From: Eledone cirrhosa
Taxonomy: Eukaryota
Length of the DNA: 64,000 bases
Assembly (NCBI GenBank): GCA_964016885.1
Contig: OZ024744.1
Location: 45,446,001-45,510,000, forward strand
Reading direction: 5' to 3'
In this document: piece by piece, positions 1-20,240 of the stretch
Position numbering within the stretch: the stretch's first letter is position 1
Layout of the letters: every line of letters begins with the position of its first letter
Program-made: the position numbers and the translations under genes
The notes under the pieces: model-generated
The model's input: the letters and a program-made list of their open reading frames with translations, nothing else
Told to the model about the DNA's origin: nothing
Database searches by the model: none

Positions 1-3000
1 ATATGCCACGTCACACTTCAATATATCACATCACACTACACTATATCACATCACACTACAATATACCACACCACACTACAATATACAATATATCACACTA
101 TACTACAATATAACACTCCACACTACAATATATCACACTACACTACAATATACCACTCCACACTACAATATATCGCACTGTACTTCAATATATCATACCA
201 CTTTACACTACAATATATCACATCATACTACAGTATATCACCACACTACAATATATCACACCGCACTACAATATACCACACCAAACTATCGTATCCCACA
301 CCACTCTACGATATATCACACCAAAATACAATATACCACACCACACTACAATATACCACACCACACTATAAAATATCACTCCACACTAAAATATACCACA
401 CCACACTACAATATATCACACTAAACAACAATATACCACATCACACTACAATATACCTCTTCACACAACAATATACCTCACCACACTCCACTATACCACT
501 TCACACTACAATATACCACACCACACTACAATATACCACACCATACTACAATATACCACACCACACTACAATATAGCACACCATACTACACTATAACCCT
601 CCACACTAGAATATACCACACCACACTATAATATACCAAACCACACTACACTACAATATATCCCACTACACTACACTATACCACATTGCATTGCAGTATA
701 CCACACTACAATGCAATATACCACACCACACTAGAATACACCACACCACACTACAATATACCACACCATACTAAAATAGACCACACCACCCTACAATATA
801 TCACACTACAATATACCACTACACACGACAATATATCAAACTACACTGGTATATACCACATCACGCTACACTGTACAATACGACACTACAATATACCACA
901 CCAGACTACAATATACCACTGAACACTACAATATATCAAACAAAGACTACAATATACCACACCACACTACAATATACGATTCCACTCTACACTATACCAC
1001 ACCCCACAACAATATATCACACTATACTACAATATACCACAGCACACTAAAATATACCATACCACACTACAATATATCACAATACACTACAATATATCAA
1101 ACTACACTACAATATACCACTCCACACTACAATATATCACACCACACTAAAATATACCACAGCTCACTACAATATACCACACCACGCTACAATATATCAC
1201 ACTACAATATACCAATCCACACTACAATATATCACACTAGACTACAATATATCACTCTACACTACAATATACCACTTCACACTACAATATACCACACCAC
1301 ACTACAATATATCACATCACACTACACTATATCTCATCACACTACAATATACCACACCACACTACAATATACAATATATCACACTATACTACAATATACC
1401 ACACTACAATATACAATATATCACACTATACTACAATATACCACTCAACACTACAATATACCACTCCACACTACAATATACCACACCACACTTCAATATA
1501 GCACATCACACTACAATATACAATATATCACACTATACTACAATATACCACTCCACACTACAATATATCACACTACACTACACTATACCACTCCACACTA
1601 CAATATATCGCACTGTACTTCAATATATCATACCACTTTACACTACAATATATCACATCACACTACACTATATCACATCACACTACAATATACCACACCA
1701 CACTACAATATACAATATATCACACTATACTACAATATAACACTCCACACTACAATATATCACACTACACTACAATATACCACTCCACACTACAATATAT
1801 CGCACTGTACTTCAATATATCATACCACTTTACACTACAATATATCACATCATACTACAGTATATCACCACACTACAATATATCACACCGCACTACAATA
1901 TACCACACCAAACTATCGTATCCCACACCACTCTACGATATATCACACCAAAATACAATATACCACACCACACTACAATATACCACACCACACTATAAAA
2001 TATCACTCCACACTAAAATATACCACACCACACTACAATATATCACACTAAACAACAATATACCACATCACACTACAATATACCTCTTCACACAACAATA
2101 TACCTCACCACACTCCACTATACCACTTCACACTACAATATACCACACCACACTACAATATACCACACCATACTACAATATACCACACCACACTACAATA
2201 TAGCACACCATACTACACTATAACCCTCCACACTAGAATATACCACACCACACTATAATATACCAAACCACACTACACTACAATATATCCCACTACACTA
2301 CACTATACCACATTGCATTGCAGTATACCACACTACAATGCAATATACCACACCACACTAGAATACACCACACCACACTACAATATACCACACCATACTA
2401 AAATAGACCACACCACCCTACAATATATCACACTACAATATACCACTACACACGACAATATATCAAACTACACTGGTATATACCACATCACGCTACACTG
2501 TACAATACGACACTACAATATACCACACCAGACTACAATATACCACTGAACACTACAATATATCAAACAAAGACTACAATATACCACACCACACTACAAT
2601 ATACGATTCCACTCTACACTATACCACACCCCACAACAATATATCACACTATACTACAATATACCACAGCACACTAAAATATACCATACCACACTACAAT
2701 ATATCACAATACACTACAATATATCAAACTACACTACAATATACCACTCCACACTACAATATATCACACCACACTAAAATATACCACAGCTCACTACAAT
2801 ATACCACACCACGCTACAATATATCACACTACAATATACCAATCCACACTACAATATATCACACTAGACTACAATATATCACTCTACACTACAATATACC
2901 ACTTCACACTACAATATACCACACCACACTACAATATATCACATCACACTACACTATATCTCATCACACTACAATATACCACACCACACTACAATATACA

Positions 3001-6000
3001 ATATATCACACTATACTACAATATACCACACTACAATATACAATATATCACACTATACTACAATATACCACTCAACACTACAATATACCACTCCACACTA
3101 CAATATACCACACCACACTTCAATATAGCACATCACACTACAATATACAATATATCACACTATACTACAATATACCACTCCACACTACAATATATCACAC
3201 TACACTACACTATACCACTCCACACTACAATATATCGCACTGTACTTCAATATATCATACCACACTACACTACAATATATCACATCATACTACAGTATAC
3301 CACCACACTACAATATACAACACCACACTACCGTATCCCACACCACACTACTATATATCACACCACACTACAATATACCAAACCACACTACAATATATCA
3401 CACTACACTACAATATACCACTCCACACTACAATATACCACACCACACTAAAATATACCACACCGCACTACAATATATCCCAATACACTACAATATACCG
3501 CATCACATTGCAATATACCACACCACACTGCAATATACCATACCACACTAGAATACATCACACCACACTACAATATACCACACCACACTAACATATATCA
3601 CACTACACTGCAATATACCACACCACACTGCAATATACCACGCCACACTACAGTACACCACACCACACAACAATATACCACACCAAACTACAATATACCA
3701 CTCCACACGACAATATATCAAACTACACTGCAATATACCACACCACGCTACAATATACCACATCACAATATACTATACCAGACCACACTACAATATATCA
3801 CACTACACTACAATATATCACACTACACTACAATATACCACTCCACACCACAATATATCACACTAGACTACAATATACCACTCCACACTACAATATACCA
3901 CACCACACTTAAATATATCACATCACACTAAAATATACAATATATCACACTATACTACAATATACCACTCCACACTACAATATATCACGCCACACTAAAA
4001 TATACCACAGCACACTACAATATACCACACTTCACTACAATATATCACACTACAATATACCAATCCACACTACAATATATCACACTAGACTACAATATAC
4101 CACTCAACACTAAAATATATCACTCTACACTACAATATACCACTCCACACTACAATATACCACGCCACACTTCAATATATCACATCACACTACACTATAT
4201 CATATCACACTACAATATACCACACCACACTACAATATACAATATATCACACTATACTACAATATACCACTCCACACTACAATATATCACACTACACTAC
4301 AATATACCACTCCACACTACAATATATCACGCCACACTAAAATATACCACAGCACACTACAATATACCACACCTCGCTACAATATATCACACTAAAATAT
4401 ACCAATCCACACTACAATATATCACACTAGACTACAACATACCACTCAACACTAAAATATATCACTCTACACTACAATATACCACTCCACACTACAATAT
4501 ACCACGCCACACTTCAATATATCACATCACACTACACTATATCACATCACACTACAATATACCACACCACACTACAATATACAATATATCACACTATACT
4601 AAAATATACCACTCCACACTACAATATATCACACTACACTACAATATACCACTCCACACTACAATATATCGCACTGTACTTCAATATATCATACCACTTT
4701 ACACTACAATATATCACATCATACTACAGTATATCACCACACTACAATATATCACACCGCACTACAATATACCACACCACACTACCGTATCCCACACCAC
4801 TCTACGATATATCACACCAAAATACAATATACCACACCACACTATAAAATATCACTCCACACTAAAATATACCACACCACACTAGAATATATCACACTAA
4901 ACAACAATATACCACACCACACTACAATATACCTCTTCACACAACAATATACCACACCACACTCCACTATACCACTTCACACTACAATATACCACACCAC
5001 ACTACAATATACCACACCATACTACACTATACCACACCACACTACAATATACCACACCACACTAAAATAGACCACACCACCCTACAATATATCACACTAC
5101 AATATACCACTACACACGACAATATATCAAACTACACTGGTATATACCACATCACGCTACACTGTACAATACGACACTACAATATACCACACCAGACTAC
5201 AATATACCACTGAACACTACAATATATCAAACAAAGACTACAATATACCACACCACACTACAATATACGATTCCACTCTACACTATACCACACCCCACAA
5301 CAATATATCACACTATACTACAATATACCACAGCACACTAAAATATACCACACCACACTACAATATATCACAATACACTACAATATATCAAACTACACTA
5401 CAATATACCACTCCACACTACAATATATCACACCACACTAAAATATACCACAGCTCACTACAATATACCACACCACGCTACAATATATCACACTACAATA
5501 TACCAATCCACACTACAATATACCAATCCACACTACAATATATCACACTAGACTACAATATATCACTCTACACTACAATATACCACTCCACACTACAATA
5601 TACCACACCACACTACAATATATCACATCACACTACACTATATCTCATCACACTACAATATACCACACCACACTACAATATACAATATATCACACTATAC
5701 TACAATATACCACACTACAATATACAATATATCACACTATACTACAATATACCACACCACTCTACAATATACCAGACCACACTACAATATATCACACTAG
5801 ACAACAATATACCACTCAACACTACAATATACCACTCCACACTACAATATACCACACCACACTTCAATATAGCACATCACACTACAATATACAATATATC
5901 ACACTATACTACAATATACCACTCCACACTACAATATATCACACTACACTACACTATACCACTCCACACTACAATATATCGCACTGTACTTCAATATATC

Positions 6001-9000
6001 ATACCACACTACACTACAATATACACATCATACTACAGTATACCACCACACTACAATATACAACACCACACTACCGTATCCCACACCAAACTACTATATA
6101 TCACACCACACTACAATATACCAGACCACACTACAATATATCACACTACACTACAATATACCACTCCACACTACAATATACCACACCACACTAAAATATA
6201 CCACACCGCACTACAATATATCCCAATACACTACAATATACCGCATCACATTGCAATATACCACACCACACTGCAATATACCATACCACACTAGAATACA
6301 TCACACCACACTACAATATACCACACCACACTAACATATATCACAATACACTGCAATATACCACACCACACTGCAATATACCACGCCACACTACAGTACA
6401 CCACACCACACAACAATATACCACACCAAACAACAATATACCACTCCACACGACAATATATCAAACTACACTGCAATATACCACACCACGCTACAATATA
6501 CCACATCACAATACACTATACCAGACCACACTACAATATATCACACTACACTACAATATACCACTCCACACCACAATATATCACACTAGACTACAATATA
6601 CCACTCCACACTACAATATACCACACCACACTTAAATATATCACATCACACTACAATATACAATATATCACACTATACTACAATATACCACTCCACACTA
6701 CAATATATCACGCCACACTAAAATATACCACAGCACACTACAATATACCACACCTCACTACAATATATCACACTACAATATACCAATCCACACTACAATA
6801 TATCACACTAGACTACAATATACCACTCAACACTAAAATATATCACTCTACACTACAATATACCACTCCACACTACAATATACGACGCCACACTTCAATA
6901 TATCACATCACACTACACTATATCACATCACACTACAATATACCACACCACACTACAATATACAATATATCACACTATACTACAATATACCACTCCACAC
7001 TACAATATATCACACTACACTACAATATACCACTCCACACTACAATATATCACGCCACACTAAAATATACCACAGCACACTACAATATACCACACCTCAC
7101 TACAATATATCACACTACAATATACCAATCCACACTACAATATATCACACTAGACTACAACATACCACTTAACACTAAAATATATCACTCTACACTACAA
7201 TATACCACTCCACACTACAATATACCACGCCACACTTCAATATATCACATCACACTACACTATATCACATCACACTACAATATACCACACCACACTACAA
7301 TATACAATATATCACACTATACTACAATATACCACTCCACACTACAATATATCACACTACACTACAATATACCACTCCACACTACAATATATCGCACTGT
7401 ACTTCAATATATCATACCACTTTACACTACAATATATCACATCATACTACAGTATATCACCACACTACAATATATCACACCGCACTACAATATAACACAC
7501 CACACTACCGTATCCCACACCACTCTACGATATATCACACCAAAATACAATATACCACACCATACTATAAAATATCACTCCACACTAAAATATACCACAC
7601 CACACTACAATATACCTCTTCACACAACAATATACCACACCACACTCCACTATACCACTTCACACTACAATATACCACACCACACTACAATATACCACAC
7701 CATACTACACTATACCACACCACACTACAATATACCACACCATACTACAATATAACCCTCCACACTAGAATATACCACACCACACTATAATATACCAAAC
7801 TACACTACACTACAATATATCCCACTACACTACACTATACCACATTGCATTGCAGTATACCACACTACAATGCAATATACCACACCACACTAGAATACAC
7901 CACACCACACTACAATATACCACACCACACTAAAATAGACCACACCACCCTACAATATATCACACTACAATATACCACTACACACGACAATATATCAAAC
8001 TACACTGGTATATACCACATAACGCTAAACTGTACAATACGACACTACAATATACCACACCAGACTACAATATACCACTGAACACTACAATATATCAAAC
8101 AAAGACTACAATATACCACACCACACTACAATATACGATTCCACTCTACACTATACCACACCCCATAACAATATATCACACTATACTACAATATACCACA
8201 GCACACTAAAGTATACCACACCACACTACAATATATCACAATACACTACAATATATCAAACTACACTACAATATACCACTCCACACTACAATATATCACA
8301 CCACACTAAAATATACCACAGCTCACTACAATATACCACACCACGCTACAATATATCACACTACAATATACCAATCCACACTACAATATATCACACTAGA
8401 CTACAATATATCACTCTACACTACAATATACCACTCCACACTACAATATACCACACCACACTACAATATATCACATCACACTACACTATATCTCATCACA
8501 CTACAATATACCACACCACACTACAATATACAATATATCACACTATACTACAATATACCACACTACAATATACAATATATCACACTATACTACAATATAC
8601 CACACCACTCTACAATATACCAGACCACACTACAATATATCACACTAGACAACAATATACCACTCAACACTACAATATACCACTCCACACTACAATATAC
8701 CACACCACACTTCAATATAGCACATCACACTACAATATACAATATATCACACTATACTACAATATACCACTCCACACTACAATATATCACACTACACTAC
8801 ACTATACCACTCCACACTACAATATATCGCACTGTACTTCAATATATCATACCACACTACACTACAATATACACATCATACTACAGTATACCACCACACT
8901 ACAATATACAACACCACACTACCGTATCCCACACCAAACTACTATATATCACACCACACTACAATATACCAGACCACACTACAATATATCACACTACACT

Positions 9001-12000
9001 ACAATATACCACTCCACACTACAATATACCACACCACACTAAAATATACCACACCGCACTACAATATATCCCAATACACTACAATATACCGCATCACATT
9101 GCAATATACCACACCACACTGCAATATACCATACCACACTAGAATACATCACACCACACTACAATATACCACACCACACTAACATATATCACAATACACT
9201 GCAATATACCACACCACACTGCAATATACCACGCCACACTACAGTACACCACACCACACAACAATATACCACACCAAACAACAATATACCACTCCACACG
9301 ACAATATATCAAACTACACTGCAATATACCACACCACGCTACAATATACCACATCACAATACACTATACCAGACCACACTACAATATATCACACTACACT
9401 ACAATATACCACTCCACACCACAATATATCACACTAGACTACAATATACCACTCCACACTACAATATACCACACCACACTTAAATATATCACATCACACT
9501 ACAATATACAATATATCACACTATACTACAATATACCACTCCACACTACAATATATCACGCCACACTAAAATATACCACAGCACACTACAATATACCACA
9601 CCTCACTACAATATATCACACTACAATATACCAATCCACACTACAATATATCACACTAGACTACAATATACCACTCAACACTAAAATATATCACTCTACA
9701 CTACAATATACCACTCCACACTACAATATACCACGCCACACTTCAATATATCACATCACACTACACTATATCACATCACACTACAATATACCACACCACA
9801 CTACAATATACAATATATCACACTATACTACAATATACCACTCCACACTACAATATATCACACTACACTACAATATACCACTCCACACTACAATATATCA
9901 CGCCACACTAAAATATACCACAGCACACTACAATATACCACACCTCACTACAATATATCACACTACAATATACCAATCCACACTACAATATATCACACTA
10001 GACTACAACATACCACTTAACACTAAAATATATCACTCTACACTACAATATACCACTCCACACTACAATATACCACGCCACACTTCAATATATCACATCA
10101 CACTACACTATATCACATCACACTACAATATACCACACCACACTACAATATACAATATATCACACTATACTACAATATACCACTCCACACTACAATATAT
10201 CACACTACACTACAATATACCACTCCACACTACAATATATCGCACTGTACTTCAATATATCATACCACTTTACACTACAATATATCACATCATACTACAG
10301 TATATCACCACACTACAATATATCACACCGCACTACAATATAACACACCACACTACCGTATCCCACACCACTCTACGATATATCACACCAAAATACAATA
10401 TACCACACCATACTATAAAATATCACTCCACACTAAAATATACCACACCACACTACAATATACCTCTTCACACAACAATATACCACACCACACTCCACTA
10501 TACCACTTCACACTACAATATACCACACCACACTACAATATACCACACCATACTACACTATACCACACCACACTACAATATACCACACCATACTACAATA
10601 TAACCCTCCACACTAGAATATACCACACCACACTATAATATACCAAACTACACTACACTACAATATATCCCACTACACTACACTATACCACATTGCATTG
10701 CAGTATACCACACTACAATGCAATATACCACACCACACTAGAATACACCACACCACACTACAATATACCACACCACACTAAAATAGACCACACCACCCTA
10801 CAATATATCACACTACAATATACCACTACACACGACAATATATCAAACTACACTGGTATATACCACATAACGCTAAACTGTACAATACGACACTACCATA
10901 TACCACACCAGACTACAATATACCACTGAACACTACAATATATCAAACAAAGACTACAATATACCACACCACACTACAATATACGATTCCACTCTACACT
11001 ATACCACACCCCATAACAATATATCACACTATACTACAATATACCACAGCACACTAAAGTATACCACACCACACTACAATATATCACAATACACTACAAT
11101 ATATCAAACTACACTACAATATACCACTCCACACTACAATATATCACACCACACTAAAATATACCACAGCTCACTACAATATACCACACCACGCTACAAT
11201 ATATCACACTACAATATACCAATCCACACTACAATATACCAATCCACACTACAATATATCACACTAGACTACAATATATCACTCTACACTACAATATACC
11301 ACTCCACACTACAATATACCACACCACACTACAATATATCACATCACACTACACTATATCTCATCACACTACAATATACCACACCACACTACAATATACA
11401 ATATATCACACTATACTACAATATACCACACTACAATATACAATATATCACACTATACTACAATATACCACACCACTCTACAATATACCAGACCACACTA
11501 CAATATATCACACTAGACTACAATATACCACTCAACACTACAATATACCACTCCACACTACAATATACCACACCACACTTCAATATAGCACATCACAATA
11601 CAATATACAATATATCACACTATACTACAATATACCACTCCACACTACAATATATCACACTACACTACACTATACCACTCCACACTACAATATATCGCAC
11701 TGTACTTCAATATATCATACCACACTACACTACAATATATCACATCATACTACAGTATACCACCACACTACAATATACAACACCACACTACCGTATCCCA
11801 CACCACACTACTATATATCACACCACACTACAATATACCAGACCACACTACAATATATCACACTACACTACAATATACCACTACTCCACACTACAATATA
11901 CCACACCACACTAAAATATACCACACCGCACTACAATATATCCCAATACACTACAATATACCGCATCACATTGCAATATAGCACACCACACTGCAATATA

Positions 12001-15000
12001 CCATACCACACTAGAATACATCACACCACACTACAATATACCACACCACACTAACATATATCACACTACACTGCAATATACCACACCACACTGCAATATA
12101 CCACGCCACACTACAGTACACCACACCACACAACAATATACTACACCAAACTACAATATACCACTCCACACGACAATATATCAAACTACACTGCAATATA
12201 CCACACCACGCTACAATATACCACATCACAATACACTATACCAGACCACACTACAATATATCACACTACACTACAATATATCACACTACACTACAATATA
12301 CCACTCCACACCACAATATATCACATTAGACTACAATATACCACTCCACACTACAATATACCACACCACACTTAAATATATCACATCACACTACAATATA
12401 CAATATATCACACTATACTACAATATACCACTCCACACTACAATATATCACGCCACACTAAAATATACCACAGCACACTACAATATACCACACCTCACTA
12501 CAATATATCACACTACAATATACCAATCCACACTACAATATATCACACTAGACTACAATATACCACTCAACACTAAAATATATCACTCTACACTACAATA
12601 TACCACTCCACACTACAATATACCACGCCACACTTCAATATATCACATCACACTACACTATATCACATCACACTACAATATACCACACCACACTACAATA
12701 TACAATATATCACACTATACTACAATATACCACTCCACACTACAATATATCACACTACACTACAATATACCACTCCACACTACAATATATCGCACTGTAC
12801 TTCAATATATCATACCACTTTACACTACAATATATCACATCATACTACAGTATATCACCACACTACAATATATCACACCGCACTACAATATACCACACCA
12901 CACTACCGTATCCCACACCACTCTACGATATATCACACCAAAATACAATATACCACACCACACAACAATATACCACACCACACTATAAAATATCACTCCA
13001 CACTAAAATATACCACACCACACTACAATATATCACACTAAACAACAATATACCACACCACACTACACTATACCTCTTCACACAACAATATACCACACCA
13101 CACTCCACTATACCACTTCACACTACAATATACCACACCACACTACAATATACCACACCATACTACACTATACCACACCAGACTACAATATAGCACACCA
13201 TACTACACTATATCCCTCCACACTAGAATATACCACACCACACTATAATATACCAAACCACACTACACTACAATATATCCCACTACACTACACTATACCA
13301 CATTGCATTGCAGTATACCACACTACAATGCAATATACCACACCACACTAGAATACACCACACCACACTACAATATACCACACCACACTAAAATAGACCA
13401 CACCACCCTACAATATATCACACTACAATATACCACTACACACGACAATATATCAAACTACACTGGTATATACCACATCACGCTACACTGTACAATACGA
13501 CACTACAATATACCACACCAGACTACAATATACCACTGAACACTACAATATATCAAACAAAGACTACAATATACCACACCACACTACAATATACGATTCC
13601 ACTCTACACTATACCACACCCCACAACAATATATCACACTATACTACAATATACCACAGCACACTAAAATATACCACACCACACTACAATATATCACAAT
13701 ACACTACAATATATCAAACTACACTACAATATACCACTCCACACTACAATATATCACACCACACTAAAATATACCACAGCTCACTACAATATACCACACC
13801 ACGCTACAATATATCACACTACAATATACCAATCCACACTACAATATACCAATCCACACTACAATATATCACACTAGACTACAATATATCACTCTACACT
13901 ACAATATACCACTCCACACTACAATATACCACACCACACTACAATATATCACATCACACTACACTATATCTCATCACACTACAATATACCACACCACACT
14001 ACAATATACAATATATCACACTATACTACAATATACCACACTACAATATACAATATATCACACTATACTACAATATACCACACCACTCTACAATATACCA
14101 GACCACACTACAATATATCACACTAGACTACAATATACCACTCAACACTACAATATACCACTCCACACTACAATATACCACACCACACTTCAATATAGCA
14201 CATCACACTACAATATACAATATATCACACTATACTACAATATACCACTCCACACTATAATATATCAAACTACACTGGTATATACCACATCACGCTACAC
14301 TGTACAATACGACACTACAATATACCACACCAGACTACAATATACCACTGAACACTACAATATATCAAACAAAGACTACAATATACCACACCACACTACA
14401 ATATACGATTCCACTCTACACTATACCACACCCCACAACAATATATCACACTATACTACAATATACCACAGCACACTAAAATATACCACACCACACTACA
14501 ATATATCACAATACACTACAATATATCAAACTACACTACAATATACCACACCATACTACAATATAACCCTCCACACTAGAATATACCACACCACACTATA
14601 ATATACCAAACCACACTACACTACAATATATCCCACTACACTACACTATACCACATTGCATTGCAGTATACCACACTACAATGCAATATACCACACCACA
14701 CTAGAATACACCACACCACACTACAATATACCACACCACACTAAAATAGACCACACCACCCTACAATATATCACACTACAATATACCACTACACACGACA
14801 ATATATCAAACTACACTGGTATATACCACATAACGCTAAACTGTACAATACGACACTACAATATACCACACCAGACTACAATATACCACTGAACACTACA
14901 ATATATCAAACAAAGACTACAATATACCACACCACACTACAATATACGATTCCACTCTACACTATACCACACCCCATAACAATATATCACACTATACTAC

Positions 15001-18000
15001 AATATACCACAGCACACTAAAGTATACCACACCACACTACAATATATCACAATACACTACAATATATCAAACTACACTACAATATACCACTCCACACTAC
15101 AATATATCACACCACACTAAAATATACCACAGCTCACTACAATATACCACACCACGCTACAATATATCACACTACAATATACCAATCCACACTACAATAT
15201 ACCAATCCACACTACAATATATCACACTAGACTACAATATATCACTCTACACTACAATATACCACTCCACACTACAATATACCACACCACACTACAATAT
15301 ATCACATCACACTACACTATATCTCATCACACTACAATATACCACACCACACTACAATATACAATATATCACACTATACTACAATATACCACACTACAAT
15401 ATACAATATATCACACTATACTACAATATACCACACCACTCTACAATATACCAGACCACACTACAATATATCACACTAGACTACAATATACCACTCAACA
15501 CTACAATATACCACTCCACACTACAATATACCACACCACACTTCAATATAGCACATCACAATACAATATACAATATATCACACTATACTACAATATACCA
15601 CTCCACACTACAATATATCACACTACACTACACTATACCACTCCACACTACAATATATCGCACTGTACTTCAATATATCATACCACACTACACTACAATA
15701 TATCACATCATACTACAGTATACCACCACACTACAATATACAACACCACACTACCGTATCCCACACCACACTACTATATATCACACCACACTACAATATA
15801 CCAGACCACACTACAATATATCACACTACACTACAATATACCACTACTCCACACTACAATATACCACACCACACTAAAATATACCACACCGCACTACAAT
15901 ATATCCCAATACACTACAATATACCGCATCACATTGCAATATACCACACCACACTGCAATATACCATACCACACTAGAATACATCACACCACACTACAAT
16001 ATACCACACCACACTAACATATATCACACTACACTGCAATATACCACACCACACTGCAATATACCACGCCACACTACAGTACACCACACCACACAACAAT
16101 ATACTACACCAAACTACAATATACCACTCCACACGACAATATATCAAACTACACTGCAATATACCACACCACGCTACAATATACCACATCACAATACACT
16201 ATACCAGACCACACTACAATATATCACACTACACTACAATATATCACACTACACTACAATATACCACTCCACAACACAATATATCACATTAGACTACAAT
16301 ATACCACTCCACACTACAATATACCACACCACACTTAAATATATCACATCACACTACAATATACAATATATCACACTATACTACAATATACCACTCCACA
16401 CTACAATATATCACGCCACACTAAAATATACCACAGCACACTACAATATACCACACCTCACTACAATATATCACACTACAATATACCAATCCACACTACA
16501 ATATATCACACTAGACTACAATATACCACTCAACACTAAAATATATCACTCTACACTACAATATACCACTCCACACTACAATATACCACGCCACACTTCA
16601 ATATATCACATCACACTACACTATATCACATCACACTACAATATACCACACCACACTACAATATACAATATATCACACTATACTACAATATACCACTCCA
16701 CACTACAATATATCACACTACACTACAATATACCACTCCACACTACAATATATCGCACTGTACTTCAATATATCATACCACTTTACACTACAATATATCA
16801 CATCATACTACAGTATATCACCACACTACAATATATCACACCGCACTACAATATACCACACCACACTACCGTATCCCACACCACTCTACGATATATCACA
16901 CCAAAATACAATATACCACACCACACAACAATATACCACACCACACTATAAAATATCACTCCACACTAAAATATACCACACCACACTACAATATATCACA
17001 CTAAACAACAATATACCACACCACACTACAATATACCTCTTCACACAACAATATACCACACCACACTCCACTATACCACTTCACACTACAATATACCACA
17101 CCACACTACAATATACCACACCATACTACACTATACCACACCACACTACAATATAGCACACCATACTACACTATATCCCTCCACACTAGAATATACCACA
17201 CCACACTATAATATACCAAACCACACTACACTACAATATATCCCACTACACTACACTATACCACATTGCATTGCAGTATACCACACTACAATGCAATATA
17301 CCACACCACACTAGAATACACCACACCACACTACAATATACCACACCACACTAAAATAGACCACACCACCCTACAATATATCACACTACAATATACCACT
17401 ACACACGACAATATATCAAACTACACTGGTATATACCACATAACGCTACACTGTACAATACGACACTACAATATACCACACCAGACTACAATATACCACT
17501 GAACACTACAATATATCAAACAAAGACTACAATATACCACACCACACTACAATATACGATTCCACTCTACACTATACCACACCCCACAACAATATATCAC
17601 ACTATACTACAATATACCACAGCACACTAAAATATACCACACCACACTACAATATATCACAATACACTACAATATATCAAACTACACTACAATATACCAC
17701 TCCACACTACAATATATCACACCACACTAAAATATACCACAGCTCACTACAATATACCACACCACGCTACAATATATCACACTACAATATACCAATCCAC
17801 ACTACAATATACCAATCCACACTACAATATATCACACTAGACTACAATATATCACTCTACACTACAATATACCACTCCACACTACAATATACCACACCAC
17901 ACTACAATATATCACATCACACTACACTATATCTCATCACACTACAATATACCACACCACACTACAATATACAATATATCACACTATACTACAATATACC

Positions 18001-20240
18001 ACACTACAATATACAATATATCACACTATACTACAATATACCACACCACTCTACAATATACCAGACCACACTACAATATATCACACTAGACTACAATATA
18101 CCACTCAACACTACAATATACCACTCCACACTACAATATACCACACCACACTTCAATATAGCACATCACACTACAATATACAATATATCACACTATACTA
18201 CAATATACCACTCCACACTACAATATATCAAACTACACTGGTATATACCACATCACGCTACACTGTACAATACGACACTACAATATACCACACCAGACTA
18301 CAATATACCACTGAACACTACAATATATCAAACAAAGACTACAATATACCACACCACACTACAATATACGATTCCACTCTACACTATACCACACCCCACA
18401 ACAATATATCACACTATACTACAATATACCACAGCACACTAAAATATACCACACCACACTACAATATATCACAATACACTACAATATATCAAACTACACT
18501 ACAATATACCACTCCACACTACAATATATCACACCACACTAAAATATACCACAGCTCACTACAATATACCACACCACGCTACAATATATCACACTACAAT
18601 ATACCAATCCACACTACAATATACCAATCCACACTACAATATATCACACAAGACTACAATATATCACTCTACACTACAATATACCACTCCACACTACAAT
18701 ATACCACACCACACTACAATATATCACATCACACTACACTATATCTCATCACACTACAATATACCACACCACACTACAATATACAATATATCACACTATA
18801 CTACAATATACCACACTACAATATACAATATATCACACTATACTACAATATACCACACCACTCTACAATATACCAGACCACACTACAATATATCACACTA
18901 GACTACAATATACCACTCAACACTACAATATATCACTCTACACTACAATATAACACTCCACACTACAATATACCACACCACACTTCAATATAGCACATCA
19001 CACTACAATATACAATATATCACACTATACTACAATATACCACTCCACACTACAATATATCACACTACACTACACTATACCACTCCACACTACAATATAT
19101 CGCACTGTACTTCAATATATCATACCACACTACACTACAATATATCACATCATACTACAGTATACCACCACACTACAATATACAACACCACACTACCGTA
19201 TCCCACACCACACTACTATATATCACACCACACTACAATATACCAGACCACACTACAATATATCACACTACACTACAATATACCACTCCACACTACAATA
19301 TACCACACCACACTAAAATATACAACACCGCACTACAATATATCCCAATACACTACAATATACCGCATCACATTGCAATATACCACACCACACTGCAATA
19401 TACCATACCACATTAGAATACACCACACCACACTACAATATACCACACCACACTAACATATATCACACTACACTGCAATATACCACACCACACTGCAATA
19501 TACCACGCCACACTACAGTACACCACACCACACAGCAATATACCACACCAAACTACAATATACCACTCCACACGACAATATATCAAACTACACTGCAATA
19601 TACCACACCACGCTACAATATACCACATCACAATACACTATACCAGACCACACTACAATATATCACACTACACTACAATATATCACACTACACTACAATA
19701 TACCACTCCACACCACAATATATCACACTAGACTACAATATACCACTCCACACTACAATATACCACACCACACTTCAATATATCACATCACACTACAATA
19801 TACAATATATCACACTATACTACAATATACCACTCCACACTACAATATATCACACTATACTACAATATACCACTCCACACTACAATATATCGCACTGTAC
19901 TTCAATATATCATACCACACTACACTACAATATATCACATCATACTACAGTATACCACCACACTACAATATATCACACCACACTACAATATACCACACCA
20001 CACTATAAAATACACTCCACACTAAAATATACCACACTATATCACGCCACACTACAATATACCACACCACACTACAATATACCACACTACACTACAATAT
20101 ACCACATCACACTACAATATACCACACCACACTACAATATGCTAATCCATACTGCAATATATCACACTACACTACAATATACCACACCACACTACAATAT
20201 ACCACACCACACTACAATATACCACTCCACACTACAATAT
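1..20240. repeat. Satellite array, 20-bp monomer CCACACCACACTACAATATA (four related pentamers), with higher-order repeats
   Basis: Continuous CCACA/CTACA/ATATA pentamer variants; + strand almost G-free. Landmark variants (e.g. CATTGCATTGCAGT) recur near 686, 2313, 7845, 10693, 13303, 14656 and 17266. Runs off the left edge. Confidence 0.97.
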
